NCBI GenBank assembly: GCA_040376005.1 | Contig: JBEIRK010000003.1 | Span: 1 to 49,747, forward strand | Origin: Flavobacteriales bacterium | Lineage (GTDB): Bacteria > Bacteroidota > Bacteroidia > NS11-12g > UBA955 | Direction of reading: 5' to 3' | Length of the DNA stretch: 49,747 nucleotides | In this document: piece after piece, positions 46,180 through 49,747 of the stretch | Numbering within the stretch: the stretch's first letter is position 1 | Layout of the letters: each line of letters starts with the position of its first letter | Notes under the pieces: model-generated | What the model was told of the DNA's origin: nothing | Databases searched by the model: none | What the model saw: only the letters and a program-made list of their open reading frames with translations | Position numbers and translations under genes: made by a program

Positions 46180-47280
46180 TTAATCTTTCCATTCAGCAAT
46201 AAACAAATTGGTTGCACGGGTGCCACCGTTATTGCGATTGCTGCTAAAAATCAGGTATTTCCCATCGGGTGAAAACATAGGGAATGAATTGAATACGCTT
46301 TCAGTTGTGATCTTTTCCAATTCGGTACCGTCCTCGTTGATCATGTAAAGTTGGAAATCATATCCTCTTGCGCTAGCATGGTTGCTACTGAACAGGATTT
46401 TCTTTCCTGAAGGGTGATAGAAGGGCGCCCAATTGGCTTTGCCCAAATGGGTGATTTGTTTTAAATCACTGCCGTCTACATTCACCGTGAACAACTCCAT
46501 ATTGGTAGGTTCTACCAAACCTTGTGCAAGAAGTTCCGTGTAATGTTTGATTTCTTCTTCGGTTTTAGGTCTAGAGGCACGGAAAATCAACTTTTTACTG
46601 TCTGGCGAAAAGAAAGCACCGCCATCATAGCCCAAATCTTTGGTGATTTGTCTTTGGTTTTTGCCATCAATATCCATGATCCACAGTTCAAGATCGCCGC
46701 TTCGAGTGCTGGTGAAAACAATACTTTTCCCATCTGGGGAAACGGTGCCTTCAGCATCATAACCGCTGTCTGCGGTGAGTTGATTTACGATGTTGCCGGA
46801 AAGGTCTGATACAAAAATGTCGTAGGTATCATAGATGGGCCAAACATAGCCTTTTGTATTGCTAGGTACCTCTGGGCATGCTTTGTTGCCTTTGTGGGTG
46901 CTTGCAAAGAGAATATGTTTGTTATCAGGCATAAAGTAAGAGCAGGTAGTTCTACCGCTGCCGGTGCTGATAATGCCAGGTTTGTATCCGCTATCTGCAA
47001 AAGCCGATACAGGCGCCGTGAAAATTTGGTCACATTCCAAACCCCAAGCAGAATAATTACTTTGGAAGGTAATGCTTTTGCTATCGAAACTCCAATAGGC
47101 TTCTGCGTTATCTCCGCCAAAGGTGAGTTGGCGCAAGTTTGTAAGGTGTTTTTCTTCTGTTCCTAGGGCAAGGAATTTCCATGCTGTTGGATTTTCAGAT
47201 GCTTTTTTAATCCCGCAGTGGGTGAGGCTAAGACCTAGGGAAATCACGCCTATGCTAAGTGCAAAAACTGAATGTTTCAA
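46180..47280 (-). CDS. TolB-like PD40/WD40 beta-propeller protein, probable lipoprotein
   Basis: LSLTH-C; repeats NAEAYWSFD, DAEGTVSPDG, GGAFFSPD, WAPFYHPSG, FPMFSPDG; -7 TAATTTTG 47288-47295. Confidence 0.85.
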   Translation of the reverse strand: MKHSVFALSIGVISLGLSLTHCGIKKASENPTAWKFLALGTEEKHLTNLRQLTFGGDNAEAYWSFDSKSITFQSNYSAWGLECDQIFTAPVSAFADSGYKPGIISTGSGRTTCSYFMPDNKHILFASTHKGNKACPEVPSNTKGYVWPIYDTYDIFVSDLSGNIVNQLTADSGYDAEGTVSPDGKSIVFTSTRSGDLELWIMDIDGKNQRQITKDLGYDGGAFFSPDSKKLIFRASRPKTEEEIKHYTELLAQGLVEPTNMELFTVNVDGSDLKQITHLGKANWAPFYHPSGKKILFSSNHASARGYDFQLYMINEDGTELEKITTESVFNSFPMFSPDGKYLIFSSNRNNGGTRATNLFIAEWKD

Positions 47281-47343
47281 TGTGCTTCAAAATTACGGAA
47301 AACCCTTGGAAAAGGGTGTGAAAAATCGCTTTTTTTAAAGGAT

Positions 47344-48366
47344 TTACTTGAGGATTTCCCAAGCCATTTTCGGATACCCTTTGCGACCTTGATCATCATA
47401 GAAGTCTACAAACTTGAGTTTGTAATAATCTCCTTTCGAGTCAATGATTACATATACTTTATTTTGGTCTACAGTATATTTATTCGCTGTTAGGCTCCAG
47501 ATTTTCCAGTCAAAACCAATCTCTTCATAGGAGGGAGAAAAGGCCACAGACAATGCAAAATTCTTGTCAATGTCCTCATATTTCTTAATCCCTGTTACTT
47601 CGGCAATTTTAACTTTAGTAGGATTGGAAATTACGCCTCTCAGCACATATGGATAAGGCTGCCCTTTTTCATCAGGAATCCATTTTTTATAGGTTGTAAA
47701 CACGATATCCCAATTCTTTTTTGACATGAGTTCGTTTAATGTTTCTGACTTCGTTGTGAAATTATAATACACATAATTATAATCGTCATTTACATTTAAA
47801 AACACATCGAATTTGGCAACCGTATCATGTAAATAGGCCCATTTAATATGGTATATTCCCCCTTCGCGGTTTAGCACTTTCATTTTAATGTAACGCTTCA
47901 ATCCAAGGGTATCTTCGCCTAGGTCAAACACATACAAAATGTCTTTTCCAGTATACTTTCCAGTGCCAGTTTGATCGCACCAATCCCTAAACACCATGCT
48001 GTCGCTTTCCCCAGAAGGATTGTCAAATTCCCAATTGGTTTTTTTTACATCTAAGGTAGTAAAACTATTAAAGTTGGTATAAGGAAAACGGGCTACTCCG
48101 AAGTTCGCATTTTTCCCTCCGTTCACCATTACGGCATGCCGATCATCAGTGCTAAAGGCAACATCCCAGTTATTGTGATTGTTGATTTCAATGCGTTGAT
48201 TTACAAATTCAAAATAAATTTGATTTTCATAATTTTCACCCATACCAAATACCCGTGTTTGAGTTCCAGCTGGCACAGGCGGTAGGGTCCATAGCTTTTC
48301 TGGTTTTTCACAAGAAGAGAAAACAAGGGAAACTGCGGCTATGGTATAGAGGATTAATTTCTTCAC
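47344..48366 (-). CDS. HmuY family lipoprotein with two HmuY-like repeats
   Basis: lipobox FSS-C; YFEF...WDVAF and YYNF...WDIVF; VYVIIDSKGDYYKLKFVDFY...GYP. Confidence 0.8.
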   Translation of the reverse strand: MKKLILYTIAAVSLVFSSCEKPEKLWTLPPVPAGTQTRVFGMGENYENQIYFEFVNQRIEINNHNNWDVAFSTDDRHAVMVNGGKNANFGVARFPYTNFNSFTTLDVKKTNWEFDNPSGESDSMVFRDWCDQTGTGKYTGKDILYVFDLGEDTLGLKRYIKMKVLNREGGIYHIKWAYLHDTVAKFDVFLNVNDDYNYVYYNFTTKSETLNELMSKKNWDIVFTTYKKWIPDEKGQPYPYVLRGVISNPTKVKIAEVTGIKKYEDIDKNFALSVAFSPSYEEIGFDWKIWSLTANKYTVDQNKVYVIIDSKGDYYKLKFVDFYDDQGRKGYPKMAWEILK

Positions 48367-49747
48367 TTAGAAGCGTTCTTATAGGTGTTAAACTGATAGG
48401 CCATCTGAATAAATACAGTGCGGCCCGGTGATATATTTACGTTAAATCCATCTTGAGAATGCGGATTTGAAGAAACTGTTCTAGAAGAATTTACAGATGT
48501 AACTCCTAAAAGATTTTTAACTCCAAAGTTTAAACTCACAGGGATTTTTGCAAAAGATTTTTGTACTGTCAGGTCCAATAAATAATATCCGCTAATACGG
48601 TAGCGTTGGTAGTTTTCGGTATATCCATTGGTTGGACTAGTATATCTCGAAAACAAACTAACAGACATATTGTGGGATGGGATTTTATAGGCCATATTGA
48701 AGCTTACTTGACCATTCAAATAAAACTTCTGACTAACCGTATCTGCCTGCTGTAACAAGTCGAAAACATTGATTACAGAAAGGCTGGTTCCCCAATTTAT
48801 TCTTGGGGTGAAAAATTCAAAATTTACATTCAATCCTTGGCTTCTGAAACGGCCAATATTGATATATGTGTAGTAGTTGGTTCTCGCATCTACTAGAGCC
48901 AAATTGATTTTGTTTCTAATTATATTATTGAACAGAGAAAAATTAAATACAGTGCCTTTATTCCCAGGTAATTTGTGGCGGTAATCAAAGCTTAAAATAA
49001 AGTTATCTGAGGTTTCTGCTTTGAGGTCCTCATTGCCATGAATGTTGTGGTTGATGTCAACGAAATAGAAATTTAATTCCTTTAACGACGGCGCACGGAA
49101 TCCTTTAGAATACGATCCTCTGAACGTAAGATGCTCAGACATGTTGTACTTCATTTGCAAGCTAGGAATCAATGGAGCCAATTTTAAGCGGTCTCCAAAA
49201 ATGCCATAAAATGCAGTATTCCCAAATCTGCTGTTATATAGTACACGCAAGCTAGGTCGGATCTCCAAGGTGGAATTCGGGAAATATTCTAGCGCACCAA
49301 AGACCGCTGCATCAGTAATCCCAGGTCTATCAACGGGTATTCGTTTTCCGTAACCTTTTTCTTGACTAAAATCGTAACCTGCTAACCAATTCCACTTTTC
49401 ACCTGGATTGTAATACGAATAAATACCTCTGGAATTTAGGAGTGTAAATTGGATTGTGTCTTGATCTTCAGGTCTATATGGAACTTCAAGTCCAGATACC
49501 AAGTCGCGCTTAACTGTGTTCTTTGCACGAGTATAATAATTGAATGCATTTTGCCATTCAAATCTGCGGTGTTTGTCCATCTTGAAAACACTATGACTGC
49601 TATTGTCAAAGCGCGTGGTATGGTAAAAACTATTATAGCCAGTTACCGTACTTAGATTAAATTCAGCTTCACTGCGGTCGGTAAGCTTTTCGTTGTAAAA
49701 ATTGGATGAAAATCGATGGGTAGATGATTTATTGTTGAAAAACAGAG
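48363..49747 (-). CDS. TonB-dependent receptor, C-terminal barrel (HmuR-like; starts beyond window)
   Basis: frame open from window end; RGSYSKGFRAPSLKEL, GNEDLKAETS, GVKNLLG, GRTVF; GTGA overlap with hmuY-like gene. Confidence 0.9.
   Translation of the reverse strand, partial: LFFNNKSSTHRFSSNFYNEKLTDRSEAEFNLSTVTGYNSFYHTTRFDNSSHSVFKMDKHRRFEWQNAFNYYTRAKNTVKRDLVSGLEVPYRPEDQDTIQFTLLNSRGIYSYYNPGEKWNWLAGYDFSQEKGYGKRIPVDRPGITDAAVFGALEYFPNSTLEIRPSLRVLYNSRFGNTAFYGIFGDRLKLAPLIPSLQMKYNMSEHLTFRGSYSKGFRAPSLKELNFYFVDINHNIHGNEDLKAETSDNFILSFDYRHKLPGNKGTVFNFSLFNNIIRNKINLALVDARTNYYTYINIGRFRSQGLNVNFEFFTPRINWGTSLSVINVFDLLQQADTVSQKFYLNGQVSFNMAYKIPSHNMSVSLFSRYTSPTNGYTENYQRYRISGYYLLDLTVQKSFAKIPVSLNFGVKNLLGVTSVNSSRTVSSNPHSQDGFNVNISPGRTVFIQMAYQFNTYKNASK

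Overview
Core-genome region of a Bacteroidota bacterium. The phylum call rests on TAnnTTTG -7 promoters, T9SS cargo with type A and type B C-terminal domains, PorP/SprF, TamL, HmuY and the scarcity of Shine-Dalgarno sites. About 45 mostly housekeeping or envelope genes: tamL (partial), TrmH methyltransferase, DUF4175-like coiled-coil protein, metG, rpmH-rnpA-yidD, rpsF-rpsR-rplI, MMPL, LuxE-like, skp-skp-murI-uvrC-pabB, PhoP-like regulator, TlpA, truB, murB, radA, nfuA-like, PKD cargo plus PorP/SprF-SPOR fusion, fadD-like, WecA-like GT4, nupG-like, gmhA, dsbD, GH73-LysM, lysC, fbp, recO, PD40 protein, tandem HmuY and a partial TonB-dependent receptor. I saw no rRNA, tRNA, CRISPR array, prophage, defence island or intact transposase. 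Most notable: a ~650-bp intergenic pile-up of several palindrome/repeat families (8837-9430); a type-B T9SS cargo paired with a SPOR-fused PorP; a cargo-less T9SS CTD protein beside a tiny putative glyco-lipoprotein; a duplicated 4-Cys DsbD-alpha domain; two head-to-head gene overlaps; and SD sites before rpsR and rplI. All calls come from reading motifs by eye; no database searches were run.
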